A stretch of DNA of 64,000 nucleotides. Origin: Desulfurococcaceae archaeon (GTDB lineage Archaea; Thermoproteota; Thermoprotei_A; Sulfolobales; NBVN01). The stretch lies in the NCBI GenBank assembly GCA_020833255.1, contig JAJHQR010000001.1:7359-71358 (forward strand), written 5' to 3'. Both the position numbers and the translations under genes were made by a program. The notes beneath the pieces were generated by a model that was given only the letters and a program-made list of their open reading frames with translations, did not search any database and was not told where the DNA came from. Positions 25,688 to 35,669 of this stretch are shown in pieces. Each line of letters begins with the position of its first letter. Position 1 is the stretch's first letter.

Positions 25688-27778
25688 TTATTTACGTCCC
25701 CTAACCATTACTAAGATAATTACTACGGCCACTACCGCGATCAGAACTCCTGCCAGCAACCACCACTCAATGACAGGTCCCGGCAATTGCGTGGGTGAGG
25801 TAGTTGTCGGTGTCGTGGTCGGTGTGGTAGTAGGTGTTGTAGACGTTATCGTAGGAGTGGTTGTGGGCGTTGTAGTTGGTGTGGTTGTGGTCGGTGTGGT
25901 AGTAGGTGTTGTTGTCGGGCTCGTGGTTGTAGGTGTTGTGGTCGTAGGGGTGGTTGTTGGTGTTGTTGTAGGTGTTGTCGTTACTTCCACGTAGTTTATG
26001 GTTACTTCCTGAGTCTCTGTCACGTGTCCGGCTATGTCGGTAGCTACTGCTTTTATTATTACTTGATTAGTTGTTAGTTGAGGTATTTGAGCTATGTAGG
26101 TTCCTTGAGATTCTTGAACAGCTGCTTCACTCCATTCAGGGTCTCCGGGCTTCTTATAGAGTAGCTTGACTGTGTCGAGACCCCAGCCAGGATCTGACGC
26201 GGTTATGTATACGGTCACCACGCTTTTTCCTGAGATAGGTTTTGTGGGGGTGTAGTACGTTATTTGGACTGAGGGCGGTGTCTCGTCCGGGTATGATGAG
26301 TAAATCAAGTATAGCTTCATGTTCTGTTTCAACGGCACGCTGCATTTAGCTAGCCATAAGTCTCCGTATGTTGTGTGCTCACAGCCTACGTTGGTCGTGT
26401 TATATCTTGCGTAGAGCTTGTATGACGGCATGTCAAGCGTCTTATTTAAGAAGAAGTAGAGTGTGAAGTTATCGGTTGTGAGCGGTAATTGTGAAGTAGT
26501 TGATATTAGGTTAGCGTATAGTGTTAAGTTAGCGTCAGCAACCACCTTAAGATTGAAGCCGTCAGCGGGGTATGAAGCGTTCTCGGAGTATGTTCCCCCA
26601 CCGTAGTTAATGGCTCTCACAGTGCCGTTGACGTAAACCTGGTAAAGCCTGTAACCCCTGTACTGAGACGTACCGCCGTCAGCCGTTGTCACGGTCATGA
26701 ACCACGTCCTGTAAGCGTATAAGCGCGTTGAGTCAGCGTGTATATGTCCTGAGAAGACGCCTATGATGTTGGGGTAGCGGTCTATGATCTGAAGGAAGGC
26801 GAGCGCCACACCCAAGTTCTCGCGCCAGCTAGAGTACATAGAACCCAGCAATGACTGGTAACTCGAGGAATTACCTGATAGTATGCCGAAACCTGTGAAG
26901 AGCGGGTGATGCATTAGTATGAGTATCTTCTTCTCGGACGTGTTGTAGACGCTTAACGTAGTGTTAAGCCAGGTCAGCTGTTCCGTGTCTAGAACCCCGC
27001 CATAACCCGTGTCCAGCCCTACTAAAACGAAGTTCCCTACCTCCCTAACCCAGTAGCGAGGACCTACGTACGTGCCGTAAAGCTTGTAGAAACTGCTTAA
27101 ACTACCTACCTGAGACCAATCGTGGTTGCCGGGGACGCAGAAGGTCGGTTTCATGAATTTGTTGGTGATCCTCATGAAGTCTCTGTACGAGTATACGTCG
27201 CTACCCACGTCAGCGATATCGCCGGTAATTAAGACTATGTCCGGCTCGATATAATTTGCTAGAGCCACGTACCTCTCGTACCTGTCGGAAGCCCACCAAT
27301 TATCCATGGATATGCCGATGTGGATATCGCTGAGATGCATTATCTTAAGCGACGCGGGGTATTCGTCAACAACCCACAAACTCCTAGGGCTGACCACCTC
27401 ATATTTAGTGCCGTCAACCAACGCCTCAACCAATACTGTGTAGAGCCCTGACTCCATATCCGGAAGTAACGCCTCAATAGTTGCTGTGCCAGGCCCTGTA
27501 GTAACGGTTAAGCTACCTACCTCGTACTCTTTGCCCACACCGTACAACCTAACACTCAATACCTGGATTTCCTGACCCGAATACTTCATGGATATTTTGA
27601 GTGTTGAACCCTTCGTAAGCACTGCCGGGAGGCAGTACGTGGGGTCATCAATCCTTATAATGTCTGGCGGCGCTCCAGTATCGAAATACGCTCTGCTTAA
27701 GTTCGTAGTAGGTAGTTCAAGCTGTATTAGAACGCTTAAAATCAGGAGACCTACCAGTATTGAAGTGAGTTTCCTCAA
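25688..27778 (-). CDS. secreted, C-terminally anchored calcineurin-like metallophosphoesterase
   Basis: Signal peptide. Motifs MHLSDIHIG, GDIAD, GNHDW, MHHP, GHIHAD. Long (TTTP)n linker, then a TM helix plus RGRK. Confidence 0.8.
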   Translation of the reverse strand: MRKLTSILVGLLILSVLIQLELPTTNLSRAYFDTGAPPDIIRIDDPTYCLPAVLTKGSTLKISMKYSGQEIQVLSVRLYGVGKEYEVGSLTVTTGPGTATIEALLPDMESGLYTVLVEALVDGTKYEVVSPRSLWVVDEYPASLKIMHLSDIHIGISMDNWWASDRYERYVALANYIEPDIVLITGDIADVGSDVYSYRDFMRITNKFMKPTFCVPGNHDWSQVGSLSSFYKLYGTYVGPRYWVREVGNFVLVGLDTGYGGVLDTEQLTWLNTTLSVYNTSEKKILILMHHPLFTGFGILSGNSSSYQSLLGSMYSSWRENLGVALAFLQIIDRYPNIIGVFSGHIHADSTRLYAYRTWFMTVTTADGGTSQYRGYRLYQVYVNGTVRAINYGGGTYSENASYPADGFNLKVVADANLTLYANLISTTSQLPLTTDNFTLYFFLNKTLDMPSYKLYARYNTTNVGCEHTTYGDLWLAKCSVPLKQNMKLYLIYSSYPDETPPSVQITYYTPTKPISGKSVVTVYITASDPGWGLDTVKLLYKKPGDPEWSEAAVQESQGTYIAQIPQLTTNQVIIKAVATDIAGHVTETQEVTINYVEVTTTPTTTPTTTPTTTTPTTTSPTTTPTTTPTTTTPTTTPTTTPTITSTTPTTTPTTTPTTTSPTQLPGPVIEWWLLAGVLIAVVAVVIILVMVRGRK
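25795..25995 (-). repeat. (TTTP)n-coding low-complexity repeat
   Basis: Encodes about 66 aa of TTTPTTTP. The mirror strand gives the spurious poly-Val/Gly ORF 25770-25994. Confidence 0.85.
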
Positions 27779-27823
27779 AGCGGACCCCTCACATACTATA
27801 TTCGAGGAAGCTAAAATAAGTGG

Positions 27824-28918
27824 TTATGCTACCTCGAGAACTTCCTCACTCCTGGGGAACACCAGCACGTCATCTATTTTAACGTATATAACGAATTTAC
27901 TGCCTGGTTTAACCTCTTTCTTCGGGTCGATGAAGACCTTCAAGTTCTGGTTAGCGACCGACATCCTTAATTGAGTGAATGAGCCTAGGAACATGGAGAA
28001 CTCCACCACACCCTCGATCGCGTTATAGGGTTCCTCAGGGGGATCCACCGTGAAGTCCTCGGGCTTGATGACGAGCACCGCGTCATCCCCTTCCTTAATC
28101 CCTGAATCACTCGCTAGTTTCCCGGCAATCCTCGCTTCACCGCCTACATCAACCACCACTCTATCAGCGTCTTTCTTGACTACCTTACCCTGGAGTAGGG
28201 TTGACTTACCTATGAATGTCGCGACGAAGATGTTCTTGGGTCTAAAGTAAATGTCTTGAGGAGTCCCTACCTGGAGTATCCTCCCTTGATTCATGACTGC
28301 AACCCTGTCGGAGATGCTCATGGCTTCCTCCTGATCATGCGTTACGTAGATAGTCGTTATGTTTAGCGTTCTCTGTATTTTCTTGATTTCCTCCCTCATC
28401 CTAATCCTCAACTTCGCGTCAAGGTTGCTCAAAGGCTCGTCTAGTAAGAGGACCTTAGGCTCTACTACGAGAGCTCTAGCTAACGCAACCCTCTGTTGCT
28501 GACCGCCCGAGAGTTGTAGGGGGTACCTATCCTCCAGCCCCCTCAAACCAACTAAGTCGAGAACCTCTAAAACCCTCCTCCTAATATCTTCCTTAGGTAG
28601 TTTCCTAACCTTAAGCCCGTAAGCTACGTTGTCGAAGACGCTCATGTGAGGCCATAGAGCGTAGTTCTGGAAAACCATCGCGGTACCTCTCTCGTAAGGC
28701 TTAGTGTACGTGACGTCCTCTTCGTCGAAAAACACCTGTCCTGAGTCAGGGTACTCGAAACCAGCTATTATTCTTAGAGTGGTTGTCTTGCCGCAGCCTG
28801 AGGGCCCTAACAACGCGAAGAACTCGCCCTTAGCGATGTCTAGCTCTACGTCTTTAGCCGCGTACACGTTACCGAATCTCTTCACAACCCTCCTCAAGCT
28901 GACTCTAGTCATTCTCAC
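27824..28918 (-). CDS. ABC importer ATPase with C-terminal TOBE-like domain (Fbp/Pot/MalK class)
   Basis: GPSGCGKTT, LSGGQQQRVALARAL, LLLDEPLSNLD. About 120 aa C-terminal regulatory domain. Confidence 0.85.
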   Translation of the reverse strand: MRMTRVSLRRVVKRFGNVYAAKDVELDIAKGEFFALLGPSGCGKTTTLRIIAGFEYPDSGQVFFDEEDVTYTKPYERGTAMVFQNYALWPHMSVFDNVAYGLKVRKLPKEDIRRRVLEVLDLVGLRGLEDRYPLQLSGGQQQRVALARALVVEPKVLLLDEPLSNLDAKLRIRMREEIKKIQRTLNITTIYVTHDQEEAMSISDRVAVMNQGRILQVGTPQDIYFRPKNIFVATFIGKSTLLQGKVVKKDADRVVVDVGGEARIAGKLASDSGIKEGDDAVLVIKPEDFTVDPPEEPYNAIEGVVEFSMFLGSFTQLRMSVANQNLKVFIDPKKEVKPGSKFVIYVKIDDVLVFPRSEEVLEVA

Positions 28919-30741
28919 ACACCTATGAACGCGTACCTCTGCTTCAAGAATACATTGGTCACGAAGATTATTAATAATTGCGTCACCACTATTAAGACAG
29001 CCATGGCGGCAGCTAACTGAAGCCCTGCTAAGCGCCCGCCGGTCAGGAAGTCAAGCATGACGGCGGTGAGGGGTTTTTGACCTGCTACTATAGCCCCCAC
29101 AGTAACTGAAACGCTTGTCTCAGCTATCGAGTACACGAAGGCTAGTAAAGCGCCGCTGAGGATGTTGAGACCTAGTAGCGGTATGACTACGGTTGCTAAG
29201 GTCCTCAGCCTCGAAGCACCTAAGTTCATCGCTGCTTCCTCGTAAGCCACGTGTACTTGCTGTAAGCCCGCGTAAATCACTCTAGTAGCGAACGGCGATC
29301 TCCTAACCGTGTAAGCTAGGACGACCAGCAACCACGGACCGTAAATTGAGAGGGGGTCTAGGAAAGTGTCTTTGAAAGGCCATGAAGTAAACATTACTAT
29401 GTATCCGGAAGCTATCGCCAGCCCCGGTATGGCTAGTGGTGATGTGCTGATCATGTCTAAGACCTCGTTCAGTGTCTGAAGCCTGCTCCTGGCTGCAACG
29501 TAAGCTGATGAAAGACTTAACACCGTTATTATGGTCGTGGCAATCGCCGCATACTTGAGACTGTTACTTAAGCCCGTTATCACGTCCGGGTTCTTGAGTA
29601 TGCTCGCGAAGTGGTCTAGGGTGAAGCCCTCCGGGTACGCTTTAGACCACCTAACACTGAAAGCAGTTATGAAAACACCTATCTGAGGCATAGCGGTGAA
29701 CACCATCACGGGGAGCACTACCAAGTATATTATCAAGCTACCGACTAGCTTAGGCTTCCTAACCCTAGGTATCCACCTACCGCCTCTGCTCAACATAGCG
29801 TACTGCCTCAGCGACACGTACCTCTTAATCCCGAAGAATATGGCTAGCGCGAGAGCCAGCAAGACTATGGATAAGGCGCCGACATAAGCCCCGACCTCAC
29901 CTATGTTTTGAGCGGCTTTAATGTTGCTGTAGATGCTGTAGGAAAGCACGTCGTAGAAGCCGTAAGCTATTGGGCCGCCCAAATCCTCCATAGAGAAAAT
30001 GAAGACCACCGCAGCACCGGCCGCTAGACCGGGTAGTGAGAGGGGTAACGTGACGCTCCTGAAGAGCTTAAAACCCCTAGCCCCTAAGTTCTCGGCCTGC
30101 TCCTCCAGACTCGGATCTATCAACATCATGCTTGAGTACACGTTTAAGTATACTATAGGCCAGAAAGCCATAGACTGAGTTAATACGACGCCGAACATCC
30201 CGTCCACGTTGATCTTGAGAGGCAAGCCGATCACCGAGTTAATGATGTATGAGAAGAGCCCGTCAAACGAGAACAGCTTCTTTATGACGAACGCGTTAAC
30301 GAACGGGGTCATTAATAACGGCATGTAAGCTAGGACACGCATGAGCATCTTACCCCTAAAATCGTAACGAGCCATTATGAAAGCCACGACCAAGCCTAAC
30401 ACTGTAGTGTTTAACGTGACTAGAGAAGCTATTATTAGAGTGTTAGGTATGACCCCGAAATTCCATCCTATGAAATTAACTAGCGTGGCACCACCTAACT
30501 GAGAAATCTTCACAGGCTCCGTGGTTGAGTACGTCCTGAAGAGTCTGGGATCACTAAATAACTCGATAAGTGAATAACCTGTTTTAGTACCGCTAACCAA
30601 TCTCTCCAGCGTGAAAGCTAGTGGGAGTGAGATCATGTCAGCTAAGGGCAGTATGAGGAAGAGGGAGAATAAAGCAAGGGAGAAAACAATCATTAGAATC
30701 AGCACGTTATCTAAATACCTGAGACTACCCCTTATATCCAA
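28915..30741 (-). CDS. fused two-domain ABC permease (FbpB/ThiP-like, iron(III)/small-solute class)
   Basis: 608 aa, about 12 TM helices, two permease repeats. Overlaps the ATPase gene by 4 nt. TTG start; start uncertain. Confidence 0.75.
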   Translation of the reverse strand: MDIRGSLRYLDNVLILMIVFSLALFSLFLILPLADMISLPLAFTLERLVSGTKTGYSLIELFSDPRLFRTYSTTEPVKISQLGGATLVNFIGWNFGVIPNTLIIASLVTLNTTVLGLVVAFIMARYDFRGKMLMRVLAYMPLLMTPFVNAFVIKKLFSFDGLFSYIINSVIGLPLKINVDGMFGVVLTQSMAFWPIVYLNVYSSMMLIDPSLEEQAENLGARGFKLFRSVTLPLSLPGLAAGAAVVFIFSMEDLGGPIAYGFYDVLSYSIYSNIKAAQNIGEVGAYVGALSIVLLALALAIFFGIKRYVSLRQYAMLSRGGRWIPRVRKPKLVGSLIIYLVVLPVMVFTAMPQIGVFITAFSVRWSKAYPEGFTLDHFASILKNPDVITGLSNSLKYAAIATTIITVLSLSSAYVAARSRLQTLNEVLDMISTSPLAIPGLAIASGYIVMFTSWPFKDTFLDPLSIYGPWLLVVLAYTVRRSPFATRVIYAGLQQVHVAYEEAAMNLGASRLRTLATVVIPLLGLNILSGALLAFVYSIAETSVSVTVGAIVAGQKPLTAVMLDFLTGGRLAGLQLAAAMAVLIVVTQLLIIFVTNVFLKQRYAFIGV

Positions 30742-30905
30742 ACTCCCTTAACCCCCTAAACCTAAGATTAATTCCAGAATTTAAAGAAACAACTTAATAT
30801 GCGGTAGCACGCTTCCCTGGGGTAGGGAGGTGTTTTAAGCATTCACGGTATTGGGTGTGAGCATAGCGAGCTATGAACTCCCAAACCCGCGGAAAACTAC
30901 TCCAC

Positions 30906-31250
30906 TCACTTAGGGTTCTTACGTAGATTTATTTTCGCGACGCCGTTCTTTACCTTTATCTCGTAATTATCTAGGCTGACGTCGGTCGTGAGCGTTATTA
31001 GCTTCTTGATATTACGCCCCCTATATCTAAAAAGTATCTCTATTCTTGAAGTATCGACGGGGCGTACAATCACTGAGCTAGGGTCTTGATCCGAGACCTC
31101 CGCCAGTATCCTTACGTGATCTGAGTATTCCCTCACCTCGATTAGCGGGTCCTGCATCAAATACTTGCTGTGGTTCTCGTAGGGTTCGAATATCTTGTTC
31201 TTATGGGTTTCCCTCTTCTCCTCTCCAGTCACTCGCCTAACCTCCCACAT
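30906..31250 (-). CDS. Hsp20/alpha-crystallin-like small protein
   Basis: PLIEVREYSDHVRILAEV...YEIKVKNGVAKINLRK resembles an ACD beta-sandwich pattern. Weak call. Confidence 0.4.
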   Translation of the reverse strand: MWEVRRVTGEEKRETHKNKIFEPYENHSKYLMQDPLIEVREYSDHVRILAEVSDQDPSSVIVRPVDTSRIEILFRYRGRNIKKLITLTTDVSLDNYEIKVKNGVAKINLRKNPK

Positions 31251-31350
31251 TATACTAGACTCAGGTATTTTAAACAGAGTTCTTGTTAGTCCTCGGTCAT
31301 AAAGTTAATAGTTGAGCTGTTAATATAGGTGTGTAGGTAGTTAGGATGGT

Positions 31351-32703
31351 ATGGTGAAGGAGCCTTACGAGCTTGAGTGGGTGGACGTAGCTGCTTTGAT
31401 TAAGGCTGTGAAGCTAGCTGAGAGTATCAAGCCTTCACAGCAAGCTAAGAGGAACGCTTTCAAGGAGTTCGGCGTTCTCGGGACTAGGCGTGACCCCCCT
31501 CTCACCGCCATATTCTACAACATAATGTTGAGGCTGGGTATCATAGACAACTTAATCAAGGAATTCTCAGGCGTTACCAACCCGCTACTCCTGGAAGCTA
31601 ATCTCAGGGCAGCTCTCAGAGTCTTTATTGGTTTGATGGTCTTCAGCAGGGATAGGGTCAGGTTCAGGGATCTCGATAAGATCAAGAATAAGGTTTCCCA
31701 ATATCTTTCGGAAGCTTCCCACCCGTTCGTCGGTATGTGGTTCTGGGACTTGATAGATAGGTTAGTGAGTTTCGAGTACAGGCCTAAGACGCCTGAGGAA
31801 GAGCTTACCTTGAAGTACTTGCTGCCGGCATGGTATATCAAGAAAATAAGTGAGTTGATCGGTGCGGACGAGGCGGCAGAGCTATTCAAGAGCTTCTTAA
31901 AGACCCCTAAAATATCCGTGAGGGTAAACACTCTGAAAGCCACTGTCGAGGAGGTTCTTAAGGAACTTGAGGAAAGCAAGGTTAAGGATCTTGAGGTATC
32001 TCAGGTAGTTCCTACGGTGATAAAGTTTAAAGGGCCTTACAACTTCGATAGGTCCAGACTCTTAAGAGAGGGTAAGATAGTTATTCAAGACGAGTCAGCC
32101 GCGTTAGCCGCCATACTGCTTGATCCTAAACCAGGTCAGGTAGTGGTTGATTTAGCTGCAGCTCCCGGAGGTAAGACGGAACTCATCGGTGAGTTAATGA
32201 GGAATGAGGGGGTCATCCACGCTTTCGACGTGGATGCTAAACGTATTAGTAGGATGCGGAGATTGCTTGAGAGGGCTGGGATAACTATAGTTAAGATTTA
32301 CGAGAGGGACGGGAGGGAAGCGCCTAGAATAGTTGGTGAGAACGTGGCTGACAGAGTCCTCGTAGACCCTCCGTGCAGTTCCGACGGAACCTTGATGAAG
32401 AACCCTGACTTGAGGTGGAGACTCTTGGAAGAGGAGGTTCCTAAGCTAGCGCAACTCCAGTACGAGCTCTTACTAGCTGGTCTGAAGATGCTTAAGCCCG
32501 GCGGGTACCTACTATACTCGACGTGCTCACTCCTTAGAGAACAGGGTGAGGACGTGATACAGCGCGTCATCAAGAAGAAGAAAGCTAAGATAGTGCCTAT
32601 TAAGGGACCCTACGAGGAGGGCTTCCTACCTGGCACTATGAGAGCGTGGCCCCACAAACATAACACGACAGGCTTCTTCTACGCTCTCCTCACTAAGGGG
32701 TGA
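31351..32703 (+). CDS. RNA cytosine-C5 methyltransferase (NOL1/NOP2/Sun family)
   Basis: SAM motif DLAAAPGGKT. Catalytic DPPCSSDGT and YSTCSL cysteines. Confidence 0.88.
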   Translation: MVKEPYELEWVDVAALIKAVKLAESIKPSQQAKRNAFKEFGVLGTRRDPPLTAIFYNIMLRLGIIDNLIKEFSGVTNPLLLEANLRAALRVFIGLMVFSRDRVRFRDLDKIKNKVSQYLSEASHPFVGMWFWDLIDRLVSFEYRPKTPEEELTLKYLLPAWYIKKISELIGADEAAELFKSFLKTPKISVRVNTLKATVEEVLKELEESKVKDLEVSQVVPTVIKFKGPYNFDRSRLLREGKIVIQDESAALAAILLDPKPGQVVVDLAAAPGGKTELIGELMRNEGVIHAFDVDAKRISRMRRLLERAGITIVKIYERDGREAPRIVGENVADRVLVDPPCSSDGTLMKNPDLRWRLLEEEVPKLAQLQYELLLAGLKMLKPGGYLLYSTCSLLREQGEDVIQRVIKKKKAKIVPIKGPYEEGFLPGTMRAWPHKHNTTGFFYALLTKG

Positions 32704-33419
32704 TGGCCGTGGGTCCCGTGCCGCGCCACAAGATCCAGAGAATCCCTGAGTTCAGGGAGGTCGTTTATGATGAGGGGAGATGGGATTTACTAGCTAGGCT
32801 GAGGTCGAGGGCTACCCGAATAGTTGAGGATTTAGGTAGTTGCGGCGTGAGCGCCGCCGTACACGGCTCCCTAGCAAGAGGGGACGTAACCCCGACCAGT
32901 GACATAGACGTGGTCATAACGTATCTAACACAGCCCTACAGGATCGTGTTCTGTTTAGAGAGACTTAACTACATCATACATAAGCAGTACATAGTTAAGG
33001 CAACACCTGCTTCAACCCCTAAAGCCTATATAGAGTTGGATCCGGAGGGTAGGGAGGTGGTGTCCTTCCCTCTCAAGGAGACCAACCCGACGGAATGGGA
33101 ATTCTATAAGTTCGGAGGGCTCGTGACTCTCGAAGAGTTGAGGAGAAACGTTAGGAAGCCGGGCGTGAATAAAAACCTGGTGTTAATCATCCCGACTGAG
33201 AGAGGACATCTTGAGGCGCCCGTCATTAACTACGAGGGTTATGTAGCCTCAGTTCTGGGGGTCTCAATAAACGTAGTTAATGAGAGGGTTAGGCTTCTCA
33301 GCAGGCGAGACGAGGTCGGCAGGACCGGGACATACCTCAAGTACGTGTTAAAGATCGGGGAGAGTTTTGAGGAGGCTCTGGCTAGGTTAGCTAAGGAAGG
33401 GAAGCTAAGACTAAGCTAG
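32700..33419 (+). CDS. Pol-beta-superfamily nucleotidyltransferase domain protein
   Basis: GSLARGDVTPTSDIDVV (GS...DxD). Start overlaps the methyltransferase stop (GTGATG). Confidence 0.65.
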   Translation: MMAVGPVPRHKIQRIPEFREVVYDEGRWDLLARLRSRATRIVEDLGSCGVSAAVHGSLARGDVTPTSDIDVVITYLTQPYRIVFCLERLNYIIHKQYIVKATPASTPKAYIELDPEGREVVSFPLKETNPTEWEFYKFGGLVTLEELRRNVRKPGVNKNLVLIIPTERGHLEAPVINYEGYVASVLGVSINVVNERVRLLSRRDEVGRTGTYLKYVLKIGESFEEALARLAKEGKLRLS

Positions 33420-33423
33420 GGAT

Positions 33424-34269
33424 CTATCCCAGCTTCCGTATCACCTCGTTAAACTTACTTATGAATCTCCTAGCTCTCTCGAAATCTACGGGATTGCCTG
33501 CCTTGCCGTCCGCCTTAATGTATGAGCCGACTATCACGCCGTCAGCTCTCCTCAGCAATGCCTCTAGATTCTCCGGCGTCGCGCCACTACCTACTAAGAC
33601 GGGAACTGGTGAAACACTCTTCACCTTACTTAAGAACTCCACGTCAGGTTCCTCCCCTGTTCTAGTCCCCGTCACTACTAACGCGTCAGCTCTCCCCCTC
33701 TCCACGGCATCGGCGACTAGATCTTCCAGAGGTTCCGTACCGCCTTTAACGAGGCTTTGTTCTCTGTAAGCTAGGTAACTCAGGCTACTCCCGTGCTTAC
33801 AAACGATGTCAGCGAATATCTTCACCCCCGGATAGTTAAACCTGACGTTTCTAAGCCTCGGCGCCTCAGGCCCCACAACCCCTGAATCCGTTAGCAATGT
33901 CTCAATCAGCGAGTTCACTCTAATAAACTTGGCTCCCGTGGCTAAGGCTATGGAGTAAGCTTCAAGACCTGAATTCCTTAAGAGGTTAATCCCTACATCA
34001 ATCCTCACAGACTTAACGACTTCCCTAGCTACGACCGTGAACGCCGCCAGCGTTAGAGGGTCCCTAACCCTCTTCAGGAAAGGCGCGTCACCAAAGTTTT
34101 CCACTATAATCCCGCCATACCCTAACTCCTCAAGTATTCTAGATTCCTTAACAGCTCTCTCAACAACTTCCTCCACCCCTACCTCACCAACGTAGTGGGT
34201 GCTAGGCAGTCTAGGAAGGTGTATCACGCCAACCAACAACTTCCCCGAAGTCCCTACACTCGACAACAC
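33424..34269 (-). CDS. BtpA-family TIM-barrel protein
   Basis: LVGVIHLPRLPS N-terminal motif and overall 280 aa barrel pattern typical of BtpA/SgcQ. Confidence 0.55.
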   Translation of the reverse strand: MLSSVGTSGKLLVGVIHLPRLPSTHYVGEVGVEEVVERAVKESRILEELGYGGIIVENFGDAPFLKRVRDPLTLAAFTVVAREVVKSVRIDVGINLLRNSGLEAYSIALATGAKFIRVNSLIETLLTDSGVVGPEAPRLRNVRFNYPGVKIFADIVCKHGSSLSYLAYREQSLVKGGTEPLEDLVADAVERGRADALVVTGTRTGEEPDVEFLSKVKSVSPVPVLVGSGATPENLEALLRRADGVIVGSYIKADGKAGNPVDFERARRFISKFNEVIRKLG

Positions 34270-34299
34270 TCTTAAACCCTACCGTAAGTATGGTTACCT

Positions 34300-34315
34300 A
34301 AAATAATATTATTTT
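34300..34315. promoter_or_regulatory. perfect 16-bp A/T palindrome AAAATAATATTATTTT, probable bidirectional TATA element
   Basis: Centred 38 nt from the btpA start and 45 nt from the divergent DUF1464 start. Confidence 0.45.
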
Positions 34316-34352
34316 AATGACTACGAGACGAAAGTGTTTTCGGTGTGTGTAG

Positions 34353-35501
34353 TTGGTTCGTGTTGTGGGGATTGATCCGGGAACCAAGACTATGGATCTA
34401 TGCTTGCTGGAGGATGGGGTGGTTAAGAGCGAGGTAGTCCTCGAGTCTAGCGAGGTAGCGTTTAAGCCTGAGCTACTCGTGAAAGCTGTTGAGAAGTTAT
34501 CTCCTTACGACCTCATCGTAGGTCCTTCAGGTTACGGGGTTGAGGTAACCTACATTGATGAAATACCTGACGACGTTTTCGAGGATTGGTACTACACCTA
34601 CATACTCTTAACGACTAAGGAGGAGATCGAGCGCGGCGTTGCTGAGGGAGACGTAGGTTCCTACATTTACTACGCGATGGCTAAAACGATGATTGAGTTT
34701 AAGAAACGCCGGCTTCCAGTAGTCTTCATACCCGGCATCATAAACCTCCCCACAGTGCAGGGATTCAAGAAGCTGAACAAGATTGATTTAGGGACAGCGG
34801 ATAAGTTGGCGGTCGCCGTCCTCGCAACGCACCTACAAGCTGAGAGACTCAGGATACCTTACGGCGAGGTCTCCTTCATCTTATCCGAGCTAGGCTTCGG
34901 ATACAACGCCGTCGTGGGGGTTAGTAAGGGTCTTATTATGGACGCGTTCGGCGGGACCACGATGCCCGGCCCGGGTTTCTTATCGATGGGTTGCGCCGAC
35001 TTAGAATTGGTTCAGTTAGTTAGGAACTGGTCGAAGACAGACGTGTTTACCGGCGGGCTCTCCTACGTTTCCGGTTGTAGGACTCCTGAGGAGCTGGCGG
35101 AGTGTTCTACTACTAGGCCCGAATGCCTTGAATTACTAAACGCTATGGTTGACGGGATCATGAAAGCCGTTCACGCCCTAACGTACAGTGTGGGGGTGCC
35201 TAAGGAAGTGCTTTACTCTGGAAGACTATCTAGAATCAATCTCATCAGGAACTTACTGATAAGCAGTATTAAAGACTCCGCGGTTTTGGGTTCCGTGAGG
35301 GTTGCGCCTGTAGGGAGTCTGCCGGGAGCTAAAATAACTAAGGAGACCGCGCAGGGCTACGCGTTGGTTGGGGACGGCGTGGCCGGCGGCTTTTTCAGGG
35401 GGTTAATTAACCACATGCGTGTTGCGGAAGCTAAGGGGAGCGCGCTCGATTACGTGAAGCATCCTAAGTTTGATAAGAGGAAGCTTGTCAGGTTTAAGTG
35501 A
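34353..35501 (+). CDS. ASKHA-fold DUF1464-like protein (predicted butyrate-kinase-like)
   Basis: VVGIDPGTKTMDLCLL phosphate-1 motif, GTADK. TTG start. Confidence 0.5.
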   Translation: MVRVVGIDPGTKTMDLCLLEDGVVKSEVVLESSEVAFKPELLVKAVEKLSPYDLIVGPSGYGVEVTYIDEIPDDVFEDWYYTYILLTTKEEIERGVAEGDVGSYIYYAMAKTMIEFKKRRLPVVFIPGIINLPTVQGFKKLNKIDLGTADKLAVAVLATHLQAERLRIPYGEVSFILSELGFGYNAVVGVSKGLIMDAFGGTTMPGPGFLSMGCADLELVQLVRNWSKTDVFTGGLSYVSGCRTPEELAECSTTRPECLELLNAMVDGIMKAVHALTYSVGVPKEVLYSGRLSRINLIRNLLISSIKDSAVLGSVRVAPVGSLPGAKITKETAQGYALVGDGVAGGFFRGLINHMRVAEAKGSALDYVKHPKFDKRKLVRFK

Positions 35502-35669
35502 CTGGGCCTCACCCAGGTTTCTGCATACCCGTATTTCGTTTCATTAGAGATAATTAAGTGTTTGAGGGTGGTGCTTAGTTGACGTACGGACTGACGGTGG
35601 ATTTTTTGTTTTGTTTACGTAAATTCTATGTTTTAATCCTTTACGGTAGGGAGATTCGGTGATTAAGTT

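Noticed and set aside
25770-25994. Poly-Val/Gly ORF (and its twin at 47047-47415)
   Set aside because: Mirror-strand reading of the (TTTP)n linker repeats of real genes. A low-complexity artefact.
30822-30840. 7-bp hairpin CUUCCCU-GGGGU-AGGGAGG followed by UGUUUU in the hsp20/permease gap
   Set aside because: Plausibly just a terminator-like element for one of the flanking genes. Too little information to call an RNA gene.
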